Assembly: GCA_038065035.1 (NCBI GenBank)
Contig: JBBTRV010000003.1
Location: 346-64,345, forward strand
Source of the DNA: Patescibacteria group bacterium
GTDB taxonomy: Bacteria > Patescibacteriota > Minisyncoccia > UBA6257 > UBA9933
DNA length: 64,000 nucleotides
Direction: 5' to 3'
Below the pieces are notes generated by a model. The model made no database searches and was not told where the DNA came from. It worked only from the letters and a program-made list of their open reading frames with translations. A program made the translations under genes and the position numbers. This document shows, piece after piece, positions 9,215-19,541 of the stretch (position 1 is the first letter of the stretch; the number at the start of each line of letters is the position of its first letter).

Positions 9215-9661
9215 TTAAAATGGCAAATCTTCCGCTTTTATTTCCCCCTCCCCGATGTCAATTTCCGGAAGTTCTTCTTTAGTGGGCTCATCGGTTCCGG
9301 AATTTTGGCGAGGGGAAGATTTATTTCCATCTCCTTGTCTTGGTCCTAATTGCATTTTTTCGCAGATAATTTCGGTTGTTTTCCTTGATTGCCCTTGCTG
9401 GTCCTGCCATGTTCTTGTCTGAAGCCGACCCTCTATGAAAACTAATCCTCCTTTTGATAAAAATTGGTTTATGATTTCCGCCTGCCTTCCCCACGCCACA
9501 ATATTATGATATTCAACTCCTTGTTGTTTCGCGCCGCTTTTATCCGTCCAAACCCTGTTGGTTGCCACTCCGAAGCTCGCCACCGATTGTCCGGATGGCG
9601 TTGTTCTTAATTGAGGGTCGGCCGTTAATCGGCCAAGAATGAAAACTTTATTTAAATTCAT
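9215..9661 (-). CDS. ssb: single-stranded DNA-binding protein
   Basis: 148 aa; OB-fold MNLNKVFILGRLTADPQLRTTPSGQSVASFGVATNR...YHNIVAWGRQAEI with an acidic C-terminal tail ending EDLPF. Confidence 0.9.
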   Translation of the reverse strand: MNLNKVFILGRLTADPQLRTTPSGQSVASFGVATNRVWTDKSGAKQQGVEYHNIVAWGRQAEIINQFLSKGGLVFIEGRLQTRTWQDQQGQSRKTTEIICEKMQLGPRQGDGNKSSPRQNSGTDEPTKEELPEIDIGEGEIKAEDLPF

Positions 9662-10092
9662 TTTAATATTTCTTCTAATTTCTTCTCCAATGCTTCATTT
9701 GTCAAAACCATAGACGGCGCGCTTGGCTTCCTAATTTCAACCTTCGGCTCAATATCTTTTGAAACAAATGTTTTCCTTCGAATTTCAGTTTTAATCGCTG
9801 ATACCGGCCGCCTTTCCGCGGGAGGCGTGATTATTATAAATCTTAAAATATTAGGATTTAAATTAAGCTCGCTTTTAATTTTCTCTATTGCCAACGGCTC
9901 AATTAAAAAATGAAAATAGCCAAAATATCCAACATTCTCTTTCTTTATTGGATAAGCCAATTTAATCCTGTCCAAAGCGCCACTTTCCATGATTTCACAT
10001 TTATGAATGACTAATAATTTATTAATATCATCGCCGCTTTTTTCATCCTTGGCTACGAATCCAATCTCATATTTTTTAAATTCTTTGTCCAT
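9658..10092 (-). CDS. rpsF: 30S ribosomal protein S6 (with C-terminal extension)
   Basis: 144 aa; S6-like N-terminal region (YEIGFV...LAYPIKKENVGYFGYFHF). Classic rpsF-ssb-rpsR gene order with 4-nt overlap to ssb. Confidence 0.75.
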   Translation of the reverse strand: MDKEFKKYEIGFVAKDEKSGDDINKLLVIHKCEIMESGALDRIKLAYPIKKENVGYFGYFHFLIEPLAIEKIKSELNLNPNILRFIIITPPAERRPVSAIKTEIRRKTFVSKDIEPKVEIRKPSAPSMVLTNEALEKKLEEILK

Positions 10093-10131
10093 TTTAGTAT
10101 TTGATTATATTAATTTAATTGAATCTAAAAA

Positions 10132-13100
10132 TCAATCCTTAGATAATTCTTCGTCATCAACTAAAGAAATTTTATAGCCTGTTCCGGCCGGAATTAATTT
10201 GCCTATTATAACGTTTTCTTTAAGACCTCTCAATTTATCTTCCTTTCCTTCGCTAGAAGCCGAAACAAGCACCCTGGCTGTTTCCTGGAAACTAGCAGCT
10301 GAAAGGAAACTTTCGGTTGAAAGAGCAACCCTTGTAATGCCCATTAAAAGCTGTTTAGATTTAGATGGCCTTTTGCCGAGTTTTTTGATGTTTTTATTCA
10401 CTTCAATGAATTTTGATTTTTCAATTATTTCTCCAGAAATAAAATCAGTATCGCCGGAATCGCTTATTTGCACCCTAGAAAACATTTGCCTGACAATAAT
10501 CTCCAAATGCTTATCGTTAATAGCGCTGCCTTCGGAAACATAAATTTTCTGAATTTCATTGATAATATAACGTTCGGCTGATTCTTTATCGCGAAGCCTG
10601 AAAAGCTCATGAATATCTATGCTTCCTTCGCAGAGTTGAACTCCTTTTAAAACTTTGTCTTTCGGCTTTACAAATACAGTTGTAGCCCGCGAAACCGGAT
10701 ATTCAATAATTTTACTCACCTTTTTTCCTTTTGAAGAAGTTTTGATTATTTTCAGCATTATCACTTTTAATAATCTTCTTTCTTCAATATCTTCAATAAT
10801 GCCGTCGTCTTCGGCCAAATATGCCTTTCCTTTGGGAACGCGCGCCTCAAACAGCTCCTGCACTCTTTCAAGGCCATGCGTAATATCAACTCCGGCAACG
10901 CCGCCGGTATGAAAAGTTTTCAAAGTCAATTGAGTGCCCGGCTCGCCTATCGATTGCGCCGCTATTACGCCAATTGTCTCGCCGATATTAATCGGTTTCA
11001 ACTCCGCCAGGTCATAGCCGTAACATTTGGAACAAATTCCGTATAAGGTCTTGCATTTAATCGGAGAACGAATTTTTACGGACTCAATTTTTGATTCTTC
11101 TATCTTATTAGCCATTTCCCTGCTTATAATCTCGCCAGCTTTAGCTAAAATTTTATTACCGATTTTTATATCTTCTAAGCTGGTTCTACTGAAAACCCGG
11201 GAAGCAAAAGGATAGCCGTAATCGTCTCCTTCTTTCCGGGCCATCTCAACACCATCAATTGTTTTACAATCATTCTCCCTGATTATTAAATCCTGAGATA
11301 CATCAACCAATCTTCTTGTTAAATATCCGGCGGAAGCGGTTTTTAAGGCGGTATCAGTCAATCCCTTCCTTGCCCCATGGGTATTAATGAAGAATTCTAA
11401 AACCGTCAAACCTTCTTTATATGAAGATTTTATCGGCAATTCAATAGTCTCTCCTTGCGGATTAGAAACCAATCCTTTCATTCCCATCATTTGAACCAAC
11501 GGCGACCAGGAACCGCGCGCCCCGGAATCAATTATATAAAAAACTGAATTGTAGGGATTGAGAGTTTTCGGCACGATTGAAGAAATTTTATCTTTAACCT
11601 TATCCCAAATATTTATAATCCTCATGTAACGTTCGGCATCGGTAAGCAATCCTTCTTTATACTGGTTTCTTACTAAATTTTCTTCATTCTCCGCCTCTAT
11701 TATTATTTTTTGCTTATCTTCCGGGACTGTTAAATCATCCATTCCCCAGCTAACTCCTGAAAAAGTAGCGTAAAAAAAGCCAAGAGTTTTTATCTTATCC
11801 AGAATCTCCCACATATTTTCGATGCCGTATTTATCAATATGAGCAGAAATTAGATTGCCTAATTCTTTTCTATTCATAAGCTTATTTACAAATCCAAAAC
11901 TTTCAGGAAGAGCCGAATTAAAAATAATTCTTCCGACTGAAGTTTTAACACGTTCATTATTTATTACAACATTAACAGGCTCATTTATCTTCACAAAACC
12001 GAAATTATATGCTATTTTTGCTTCTTCAAACGTTGAGAAGTTTTTTTCTTTAATGTCTTCTTTTGACGGTCTTATATTGGTCAAAAAATAAGAACCCAAA
12101 ACAATATCTTGAGTCGGCTGCGCAATCGGCTCGCCAGTTGCCGGTTTCAAAATGTTATGGGAAGCAAGCATTCTTTCATTAGCTTCTTTTTGCGCTTCAT
12201 CGGAAAGCGGCACGTGAACAGCCATCTGATCTCCGTCAAAGTCGGCATTAAAAGCAGCGCAAACCATAGGCGGAATTCTAATCGCCAAATCTTCTATTAA
12301 AACCGGTTTAAAAGCCTGGATGCCTAAACGATGCAACGTCGGCGCTCGATTAAGAAGAACTTTTTTATCTTTAATAATATCTTCTAGAATTTCCCAAATC
12401 TCCGAAGTTGCCGATTCAATCAAACGATTAGCGTTTCTAATATTATAAGCCAATCCTTTTTCAATGATTTTTGCTATGACAAATGGCTTAAAAAGCTCAA
12501 GAGCCATCTTTTTCGGCAAACCGCATTCATTAAATCTAAGTTCCGGGCCTCCGACAATTACTGAACGGCCTGAATAATCAACACGCTTACCAAGAAGATT
12601 TTGGCGAAATCTTCCTTCTTTCCCTTTAAGAATATCGGCTAACGACTTAAGCGGTCTTCTTCTTGAAGAAAGCTGTTGAGTGCCGAAACGAGCGGAATTA
12701 TCAATCAAGGCATCAACCGCTTCCTGAAGCATTCTTTTTTCATTAATGACGATCACCTCCGGCGCCTGTATTTCAATAAGTTTTTTTAAGCGATTATTGC
12801 GATTTATTACCCGACGATAAAGATCATTAAGGTCGGAAGTGGCATATCTTCCGCCATCTAATGGAACCATCGGCCTTAAATCCGGCGGTAAAACCGGAAG
12901 CACTGTTAATATCATCCATTCCGGCCGCTGATTACTTTTTATAAACGAACGCAACAGTTTGAGTTTGAAAAAAAACTTTTTTTGTCTGCCCGCATCTTTA
13001 ATATTTTCAATTTCTTTTTCTGTTTTTTTCGCCTCTTTTTCTAAATCTATATTTTTAAGAATTTTTATAATAGCTTCAGCTCCATTGCCGGCTTCGAAAA

Positions 13101-13704
13101 CGCCGGCGAATTTTTTTGATAAATTATAATATTCAGTCTCGTTTAAAATTTTTCCAATTTCTAAAGATTTTAATTCTTCTTTTGCCGCTTCCATTCCTTT
13201 TTTTAAATTATCCATCTCGGAAGAAGAAATATTTTTCTTCCTTAATGTGAATTCTCTTTCTATTTCTTCAATAAATTTTTTCTTATTTTCTTCATTGGTT
13301 GAAGTCACTATATAGGCGGCATAATAAATAACTTTAACCAATTTTTGAAGCGGAACATCTATAATCAACCCGATTCTAGAAGGAATGTTTCTGAGAAACC
13401 AAATATGGGCAATCGGAGTCGCTAAAGAAATATGTCCCATTCTTTCCCGTCTTACCGATGACTTTGTCACTTCAACGCCGCATTTATCACAGACCATGTT
13501 TTTATACCTGATTTTTTTATACTTTCCGCAATAACATTCATAATCTTTCGTCGGACCGAAAATACGCTCCGCGAACAAGCCGTCTTTTTCCGGACGCTGA
13601 GTGCGATAATTAATTGTTTCCGGCTTTATCACTTCGCCATAAGACCAGGAAAGTATTTTTTCCGGCGAAGCAATTTTAATTTTAATAGAACTAATATTAA
13701 ACAT
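10132..13704 (-). CDS. rpoC: DNA-directed RNA polymerase subunit beta' (likely start at internal Met, coordinate 13704)
   Basis: Catalytic NADFDGDQMAVHVP motif and zinc-binding CxxC N-terminus. ORF runs to 13761, but start 13704 (MFNISSIKI...) avoids overlap with the rpoB stop at 13706. Confidence 0.95.
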   Translation of the reverse strand: MFNISSIKIKIASPEKILSWSYGEVIKPETINYRTQRPEKDGLFAERIFGPTKDYECYCGKYKKIRYKNMVCDKCGVEVTKSSVRRERMGHISLATPIAHIWFLRNIPSRIGLIIDVPLQKLVKVIYYAAYIVTSTNEENKKKFIEEIEREFTLRKKNISSSEMDNLKKGMEAAKEELKSLEIGKILNETEYYNLSKKFAGVFEAGNGAEAIIKILKNIDLEKEAKKTEKEIENIKDAGRQKKFFFKLKLLRSFIKSNQRPEWMILTVLPVLPPDLRPMVPLDGGRYATSDLNDLYRRVINRNNRLKKLIEIQAPEVIVINEKRMLQEAVDALIDNSARFGTQQLSSRRRPLKSLADILKGKEGRFRQNLLGKRVDYSGRSVIVGGPELRFNECGLPKKMALELFKPFVIAKIIEKGLAYNIRNANRLIESATSEIWEILEDIIKDKKVLLNRAPTLHRLGIQAFKPVLIEDLAIRIPPMVCAAFNADFDGDQMAVHVPLSDEAQKEANERMLASHNILKPATGEPIAQPTQDIVLGSYFLTNIRPSKEDIKEKNFSTFEEAKIAYNFGFVKINEPVNVVINNERVKTSVGRIIFNSALPESFGFVNKLMNRKELGNLISAHIDKYGIENMWEILDKIKTLGFFYATFSGVSWGMDDLTVPEDKQKIIIEAENEENLVRNQYKEGLLTDAERYMRIINIWDKVKDKISSIVPKTLNPYNSVFYIIDSGARGSWSPLVQMMGMKGLVSNPQGETIELPIKSSYKEGLTVLEFFINTHGARKGLTDTALKTASAGYLTRRLVDVSQDLIIRENDCKTIDGVEMARKEGDDYGYPFASRVFSRTSLEDIKIGNKILAKAGEIISREMANKIEESKIESVKIRSPIKCKTLYGICSKCYGYDLAELKPINIGETIGVIAAQSIGEPGTQLTLKTFHTGGVAGVDITHGLERVQELFEARVPKGKAYLAEDDGIIEDIEERRLLKVIMLKIIKTSSKGKKVSKIIEYPVSRATTVFVKPKDKVLKGVQLCEGSIDIHELFRLRDKESAERYIINEIQKIYVSEGSAINDKHLEIIVRQMFSRVQISDSGDTDFISGEIIEKSKFIEVNKNIKKLGKRPSKSKQLLMGITRVALSTESFLSAASFQETARVLVSASSEGKEDKLRGLKENVIIGKLIPAGTGYKISLVDDEELSKD

Positions 13705-13705
13705 G

Positions 13706-16700
13706 CTATTTTTCTTCTTTGAATTTCTCTTTATCCCGCGCCTTTTCACCGCGGAATTCATCGCTCAATATTTCGATATCCAGTCCCAATGATTTCATCT
13801 CGCTTAACAAAACATTGAAAGCGGCGGGAATATTCGGGTTTTTTATTTTTTCGCCTTTAATAATAGCTTCAAAAGTAGATGCTCTTCCAGAAATATCATC
13901 TGATTTTATAGTAAGCATTTCTTGTAAAACATAAGCAGAACCATAACCTTCAAGCGCCCAAACTTCCATTTCTCCAAATCTTTGCCCTCCAAATTGAGCT
14001 TTTCCGCCAAGCGGCTGTTGAGTAATTAATGAATATGGGCCAATCGAACGCATATGAATTTTATCTTCAACTAAATGATTAAGTTTAATCATATAGATAT
14101 ATCCAACGGTAATCGATTCACCAAAAAATTCCCCCGTTCTGCCGTCAAAAAGCTTAAGTTTGCCGTTTTCCGGATAATTAGCTTTTTTAAGCTCGCCTTT
14201 AATATCTGTTTCAGTTGCTCCGACGAAAACCGGAGTTATCGCGCGATAACCAAGCTTATTAGCGGCCAAACCCAAATGAGTTTCTAAAATTTGTCCTAAA
14301 TTCATTCTTGAAGCCACGCCCATCGGATTTAAAATTATGTCAACCGGAGTTCCGTCTTCTAAATATGGCATATCTTCAACCGCTCTAATCTGAGAAATAA
14401 CCCCCTTATTTCCATGTCTGCCGGCCAATTTATCGCCGGCTCTTATCTTTCTCAATTGAGCGACCTCAATTTGAATCCTTTTTATAATACCTGGTTCAAG
14501 CTTATCTCCATGTTCTCTTGAAAAAATTTTAATTCCAATGATCCGGCCGGATTTTCCATGTGGCAATATCAAGGAAGTATCTTTTATATCTCTTGCCTTT
14601 TCGCCGAAAATCGCCCGTAATAATTTTTCTTCCGACGAAACTTCAGCTTCGCCTTTTGGAGAAATTTTTCCAACTAAAATATCGCCCGCGCGAACTTCGG
14701 CGCCAATTCTTATAATTCCTTCTTCGTCAAGATTTTTTAGCTTATCTTCTGAAACATTAGGAATATCAGGAGTTGTCACTTCGGGCCCAAGTTTAGTATC
14801 GCGAATATCGCAATAAAAATCTTCAATATGAATCGAAGTAAATAAGTCATCTTTTGCCACCTTTTCGGAAAGAATAATGCCATCTTCGAAATTAGCTCCT
14901 TCCCAAGAAATGAATGCTACTAAAAGATTTTGCCCCAAAGAAAGCACTCCGTTATTAGTTGAAAAAGTATCTGCCAGAACTTCATTTTTTTTAATTTTTT
15001 TACCTTTTTCAATAATTGGCCGCTGTGAAATGCAAGTAAAATCATTTGATCTTCTAAATTTATGCAAAACGTAGGTTTTCTTTTTCTTTAAAGAGTCTTC
15101 CACTACAATTTGACTAGCATCAACATCAATAACCGTCCCATCGGTTTCTGAAATAACAAGCCTTCCGCAATCAAAAGCCGCTTTTCTTTCCATGCCAGTT
15201 GAAACTAAAGGCGCCGCAGGCTTAATTGAAGGGACAGCTTGCCTTTGCATATTCGAACCCATTAAAGCTCTATTCGCATCATCATGCTCAAGGAACGGAA
15301 TCATTGCCGTAGCAACGCTAGTCATTTGATAAGGAGCAACATCAATAAATTCAATTTCTTCCTTGACAACAGTAACAGGCTTTCCTTTAAATCTTGCTCC
15401 GACATTTTTTTCAGAAATTTTTCTATTTTCATCAATTCTTGTGCTTCCTTGAGCAATCTTGTAATTTTCTTCCTCAATCGCGTCTAACCAAACAATACTA
15501 TTATTGTCAACTTTTCCATTTTTAACCTTGCAATAAGGCGTCTGTAAAAATCCAAATTCATTAAGTCGCGCGAAATTAGCAAAATAATTAATAAGTCCAA
15601 TATTTTGGCCTTCTGGAGTTTGAATAGGACAAATTCTGCCGTAATGAGATATATGAACATCTCTTATTTCAAAACCGGCATGTTCTCTTGTTAAGCCGCC
15701 TGGCCCCATTGAAGAAAGCCTCCTTTTATGCTCCAACTCAGCTAAAGGATTGTCTTGATTCATAAATTGGGATAATTGTGAAGTGGCAAAAAATTCTTTT
15801 ACGATTCCGATGAGCGGTCTCGCATTAATAAGCTGAACCGGAGTGATTAATTTAATATCTAACGTTGACATTCGATCAACTATCATGCGCTTGAGCCTGG
15901 CAAAGCCAACGCGCATCCGACTGGCAAGCAATTCGCCGACAGCCCGCACTCGACGGTTGCCCAAATGGTCAATATCATCCGGCTCGGCCATTAAATCATT
16001 ATTCAGTCTGATTATTTCTTTTACGATTAAAACAATATCTTCAAAATTCAAAAGTAGGGATTGATTTTTTTTATTATTTATCCCGAGTCTTTGGTTAAAT
16101 TTAAATCTACCGGCAACAGATAAGCTGTAACGGTCGATTCTTTCAAACATCGCGTCTATCAAGCTTTTGGCATTTTCCGGAGTCGCTAAATCTCCCGGCC
16201 TGAGCCTTTTATAAATTTCAACATAAGCGTCTGATGTTCCTTTTGCTTCACTTTTCTTTAAAGTCGTTTCAATAAATTTTATCTGGCCGTTATCGATATC
16301 CGAAAACAGCTGAATAAGACTATCGGCATTTTCAAATTCTTTTTTTCTTGAAATATTGGCAAATATTCTCAATAAATCAGTAACTGCCACCTTGCGGTGT
16401 TTATCTATTTTAACGCCGATAGAGCCGTCTGGATCAGTAATAAATTCAAGCCAAGAGCCTCTATCAGGAATAACTTTTGCTCCAAAAAGTTTTTTACCGC
16501 GATAAACCTCTCCTGTAAAATAAACTCCGGCAGACCTTATAAGTTGGGAAACAATAACTCTTTCAACGCCATTTATGATAAAAGTGCCGCGGGAAGTCAT
16601 CATCGGAAAATCGCCAAGATAAATTTCCTGCTCTTTCACCTCTTTCGTTTGATTATTAATCAATTTTACCTTAACCCTCAACGGCGCTTCATAAGTCAAA

Positions 16701-16936
16701 TCTTTATCCCAGCTGACTTCTTCATCGTATTTTGGCTCATCAATATAATAATCAATAAAGTGAAGTTCCATTTCTTTCCCTGTCGAATCTTTAATCGGGA
16801 ATATTTCTTCAAAAAGTTCCCTAATCCCTTTTTTGATAAACCAATCCCATGAAGCATGTTGAATCTCTGCTAAAAACGGCTGATTAATGAACGCTCCCGG
16901 ATGATGAGAAAAAATTTTTTCTGGCAATTTAGACAT
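13706..16936 (-). CDS. rpoB: DNA-directed RNA polymerase subunit beta (likely start MSKLPEK at 16936)
   Basis: Full-length rpoB signatures (for example GEMEVWALEGYGSAY...). ORF extends to 16972, but the first ATG lies inside a GGAGGG SD-like stretch. Confidence 0.95.
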   Translation of the reverse strand: MSKLPEKIFSHHPGAFINQPFLAEIQHASWDWFIKKGIRELFEEIFPIKDSTGKEMELHFIDYYIDEPKYDEEVSWDKDLTYEAPLRVKVKLINNQTKEVKEQEIYLGDFPMMTSRGTFIINGVERVIVSQLIRSAGVYFTGEVYRGKKLFGAKVIPDRGSWLEFITDPDGSIGVKIDKHRKVAVTDLLRIFANISRKKEFENADSLIQLFSDIDNGQIKFIETTLKKSEAKGTSDAYVEIYKRLRPGDLATPENAKSLIDAMFERIDRYSLSVAGRFKFNQRLGINNKKNQSLLLNFEDIVLIVKEIIRLNNDLMAEPDDIDHLGNRRVRAVGELLASRMRVGFARLKRMIVDRMSTLDIKLITPVQLINARPLIGIVKEFFATSQLSQFMNQDNPLAELEHKRRLSSMGPGGLTREHAGFEIRDVHISHYGRICPIQTPEGQNIGLINYFANFARLNEFGFLQTPYCKVKNGKVDNNSIVWLDAIEEENYKIAQGSTRIDENRKISEKNVGARFKGKPVTVVKEEIEFIDVAPYQMTSVATAMIPFLEHDDANRALMGSNMQRQAVPSIKPAAPLVSTGMERKAAFDCGRLVISETDGTVIDVDASQIVVEDSLKKKKTYVLHKFRRSNDFTCISQRPIIEKGKKIKKNEVLADTFSTNNGVLSLGQNLLVAFISWEGANFEDGIILSEKVAKDDLFTSIHIEDFYCDIRDTKLGPEVTTPDIPNVSEDKLKNLDEEGIIRIGAEVRAGDILVGKISPKGEAEVSSEEKLLRAIFGEKARDIKDTSLILPHGKSGRIIGIKIFSREHGDKLEPGIIKRIQIEVAQLRKIRAGDKLAGRHGNKGVISQIRAVEDMPYLEDGTPVDIILNPMGVASRMNLGQILETHLGLAANKLGYRAITPVFVGATETDIKGELKKANYPENGKLKLFDGRTGEFFGESITVGYIYMIKLNHLVEDKIHMRSIGPYSLITQQPLGGKAQFGGQRFGEMEVWALEGYGSAYVLQEMLTIKSDDISGRASTFEAIIKGEKIKNPNIPAAFNVLLSEMKSLGLDIEILSDEFRGEKARDKEKFKEEK

Positions 16937-16993
16937 ATAAAAAAATAAAAACAAAAAACTCCCTCCACTCAAAAATGAACAGGATAAAATTAT

Positions 16994-18043
16994 CTATTTT
17001 AAAAAATAAACAGATCTGTTGACATTATGCTCGTCAAATGTTTTGGAAAAAATAGTTTTCCCGGTTTTCGCGTCTGAAAGATAATACCAATAAGGCGAAT
17101 CTTTCTTGTTAATTGCGGCTTTAATCGTTGAAAGTGATGGATTGCTTATCGGCGCCGGAATCAATCCAGTATACATATATGTATTAAAATGCGAATCAAT
17201 TTTATAATCGTTCCTTTTCAACTGGCCGCAATTTAAAAACCTGCCTTCACATTTAATATACACTATTGTGGCGTCAATTTGCAAGGGCATGCCAACTTTC
17301 AGTCTTTTTTCCAATATGCCAGCTACTATTCTTTGATCATCATCGTTAGATATCTCTTTCTCCAAAAGTGAAGCAATTTTTAAGGTATTTTTTAGATTAT
17401 CATAATCCTTAAAAAAAGGCAATACCTTATCATTAAAATTGCTAACTATCTTTTCAATAACAAAGCCAATATCAGAATTTTTATAAAAATAGTAAGTGTC
17501 GGGAAGCAAATACCCCTCCAAGGATTTTTCGGCATCAAGATAAAGAAATTTCTTCTTTAAACCGCCTGCTTTTATATTATTTTTAAATTCATCGCTATAT
17601 TTTATCAAATCGCCTTTTCTAATTATTTTCAAATTGGAAAAATAATCATCAATTTCTCTTAATGTCATCCCGGGAAAAATTGTTGCCGTAATTTCTTCCG
17701 GCCCTTTTTCCAAAATATTTAATAATTCCGCCAACGATGCTGAAGAATTAATTTGATAAAAACCGCTCTTTATCATATTAGTTTTTCCTAATAACATCGC
17801 ATAAATTTTAAAAACAACCTTTGACTTTATAAGTCCGGCAAAGTAAAGCTTATCGGCTATTTCATTAAAACTCATTCCGGAAAAAATATTAATATCTATT
17901 GCTTCTTCGCCGCCAACATCAGAAAAATCAAAATTTTTAGAAAAAACTACTGAAAAAAATCCCGCTATAAATAAAAATACTAAAACAACAATCGAAAATT
18001 TTTCGACAAATGTAATCTTTCTACTGCCGGCAAAGAACATCAT
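16994..18043 (-). CDS. mltG: endolytic murein transglycosylase MltG (YceG family)
   Basis: 349 aa; N-terminal TM, YceG-like domain (...LPDTYYFYKNSD...LIPAPISNPSLSTIKAA...). 4-nt overlap with upstream rodA. Confidence 0.8.
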   Translation of the reverse strand: MMFFAGSRKITFVEKFSIVVLVFLFIAGFFSVVFSKNFDFSDVGGEEAIDINIFSGMSFNEIADKLYFAGLIKSKVVFKIYAMLLGKTNMIKSGFYQINSSASLAELLNILEKGPEEITATIFPGMTLREIDDYFSNLKIIRKGDLIKYSDEFKNNIKAGGLKKKFLYLDAEKSLEGYLLPDTYYFYKNSDIGFVIEKIVSNFNDKVLPFFKDYDNLKNTLKIASLLEKEISNDDDQRIVAGILEKRLKVGMPLQIDATIVYIKCEGRFLNCGQLKRNDYKIDSHFNTYMYTGLIPAPISNPSLSTIKAAINKKDSPYWYYLSDAKTGKTIFSKTFDEHNVNRSVYFLK

Positions 18044-19146
18044 CTTTTTATCTTAATAGATTGAATAATGCCAATTGTAATAAAACTTGTCAATAAGCTT
18101 GATCCTCCGTAACTCAAAAAAGGAAACGGCACGCCGATTACCGGCGTTATCCCCAAATTGGAGCCGATATTCAATACGAATTGAACCATTAAAAACATAG
18201 TTGATCCAAGACAAACGAATTTGCCGAAATTATTATCCGAATGCATGCCAATAATGATAATCCTGAAAATCAAATATCCGAAAGCAAGCACTATTATAAG
18301 CCCGATTAAAATGCCGAATTCCTCAACAACCGCCGCAAAAATAAAATCAGTTTGAGCCTCCGGCAAAAAGCCAAGTTGTACCTGCGTCCCCTGATTGAAT
18401 CCCTTTCCGAAAAATCCAGCTGAACCGATAGCGATTTTTGACTGGATGACATTATAATTAATTCCTAAAGTATCTTGATTTGGAAAAAAAACGCCTAAAA
18501 TTCTTTCTTTCTGATAATCTTTTAAAACGCTTGTCCACATAAAAACTCCGACAACCGCGAAAATTAAAAAAGAAACTAATATATGGCTCCATTTAATTCC
18601 TGAAACTAATAAAAACCCGAACCAAATTGAAAACAAAATCAGCGCCGAACCCAAATCCGGCTGGATAACAACAAGAAACGCCGGCGCGACAAAATAAAAA
18701 AATGATGTTAATATATTAGAAACTCTGGCGATGCTTACATGTTTTTTCCTGAAAAAATTGGCGAAAATAATTATCAAAACAATTTTAGCGAATTCCGACG
18801 CCTGGAATTGAAACGGCCCAAACGTCAGCCAGGCGCGGACGCCGCGGACCGGCGAAGCAAAAAAATAAGTGATTAAAAGCAAAAAAATTATTATAAAATA
18901 AATTCCTAAAACAGCACCTCGATAATTTATGAAAGGCCGCCATTCAATTTTCGCGATTAAAAGAAACAATAAAATGCCGATAATAAAGAAAAGAAGCTGC
19001 TTCCAGAATAATTCCGCCTTGGCGCTAAGTAAACCGAGTAAACCAATGGCTGCTAAAATTAAAACAGCTGTGTTTAATTTCCAATCCTGCAGTTTTAGTG
19101 TTGTCAGCATATGAACTATTTTTGCACAAAATAGTTTTAAATGCAA
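18040..19146 (-). CDS. rodA: SEDS-family peptidoglycan glycosyltransferase (RodA/FtsW)
   Basis: 368 aa polytopic; conserved ...LPEAQTDFIFAAVVEEFG...PFLSYGGSSLLTSF... matches the FtsW/RodA/SpoVE family. Confidence 0.85.
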   Translation of the reverse strand: MHLKLFCAKIVHMLTTLKLQDWKLNTAVLILAAIGLLGLLSAKAELFWKQLLFFIIGILLFLLIAKIEWRPFINYRGAVLGIYFIIIFLLLITYFFASPVRGVRAWLTFGPFQFQASEFAKIVLIIIFANFFRKKHVSIARVSNILTSFFYFVAPAFLVVIQPDLGSALILFSIWFGFLLVSGIKWSHILVSFLIFAVVGVFMWTSVLKDYQKERILGVFFPNQDTLGINYNVIQSKIAIGSAGFFGKGFNQGTQVQLGFLPEAQTDFIFAAVVEEFGILIGLIIVLAFGYLIFRIIIIGMHSDNNFGKFVCLGSTMFLMVQFVLNIGSNLGITPVIGVPFPFLSYGGSSLLTSFITIGIIQSIKIKR

Positions 19147-19148
19147 AA

Positions 19149-19186
19149 AACAGTCCGCCGGCCGGCGGACTGTTTTTTATTTTTTA
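19149..19186. terminator. intrinsic terminator (perfect palindrome plus T-run)
   Basis: aaaaaacagtccgccggccggcggactgtttttt lies between the 19193..19519 gene and rodA. Confidence 0.5.
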
Positions 19187-19192
19187 AATAAA

Positions 19193-19519
19193 TCAAAGAT
19201 TATTCAGGTCAGCGTCAATTTCGTTGAAACTATTATCTATTGATTCTATGTCGATGCTGTCTAACTCATTATTAATTGCTGAAGTTGTGTCTTGTAGTGT
19301 TTCTAAAGTTGGGGATGTTTTTGCCTGCTCATACGGCAATGTATTGTGAAATTTGCCAGTGGAGTATTGATTACGTATTTTACCTTGCCAAATCAAAATA
19401 CCCAAGCTAATCAGCAACAACGCAACAATAATTGCAACAATAATAATTATCTTCTTATTGATAAAATTTTCTTTTGTTTGCGGCTCTTGCGGCATTTGTT
19501 GATTTTGTAATTCGTCCAT
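19193..19519 (-). CDS. hypothetical single-pass membrane protein
   Basis: 108 aa; Q-rich N-terminus, TM IIIIVAIIVALLLISLGILIW, acidic C-terminal region. Confidence 0.4.
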   Translation of the reverse strand: MDELQNQQMPQEPQTKENFINKKIIIIVAIIVALLLISLGILIWQGKIRNQYSTGKFHNTLPYEQAKTSPTLETLQDTTSAINNELDSIDIESIDNSFNEIDADLNNL

Positions 19520-19541
19520 AATAATACTATTTTATTATTTT

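Noticed and set aside
10199-16852. Numerous 60-150-aa ORFs antisense to or out of frame within rpoC/rpoB (e.g. 10199..10543, 14538..14816, 16397..16852)
   Set aside because: They are embedded in highly conserved RNAP genes and are typical AT-rich antisense noise.
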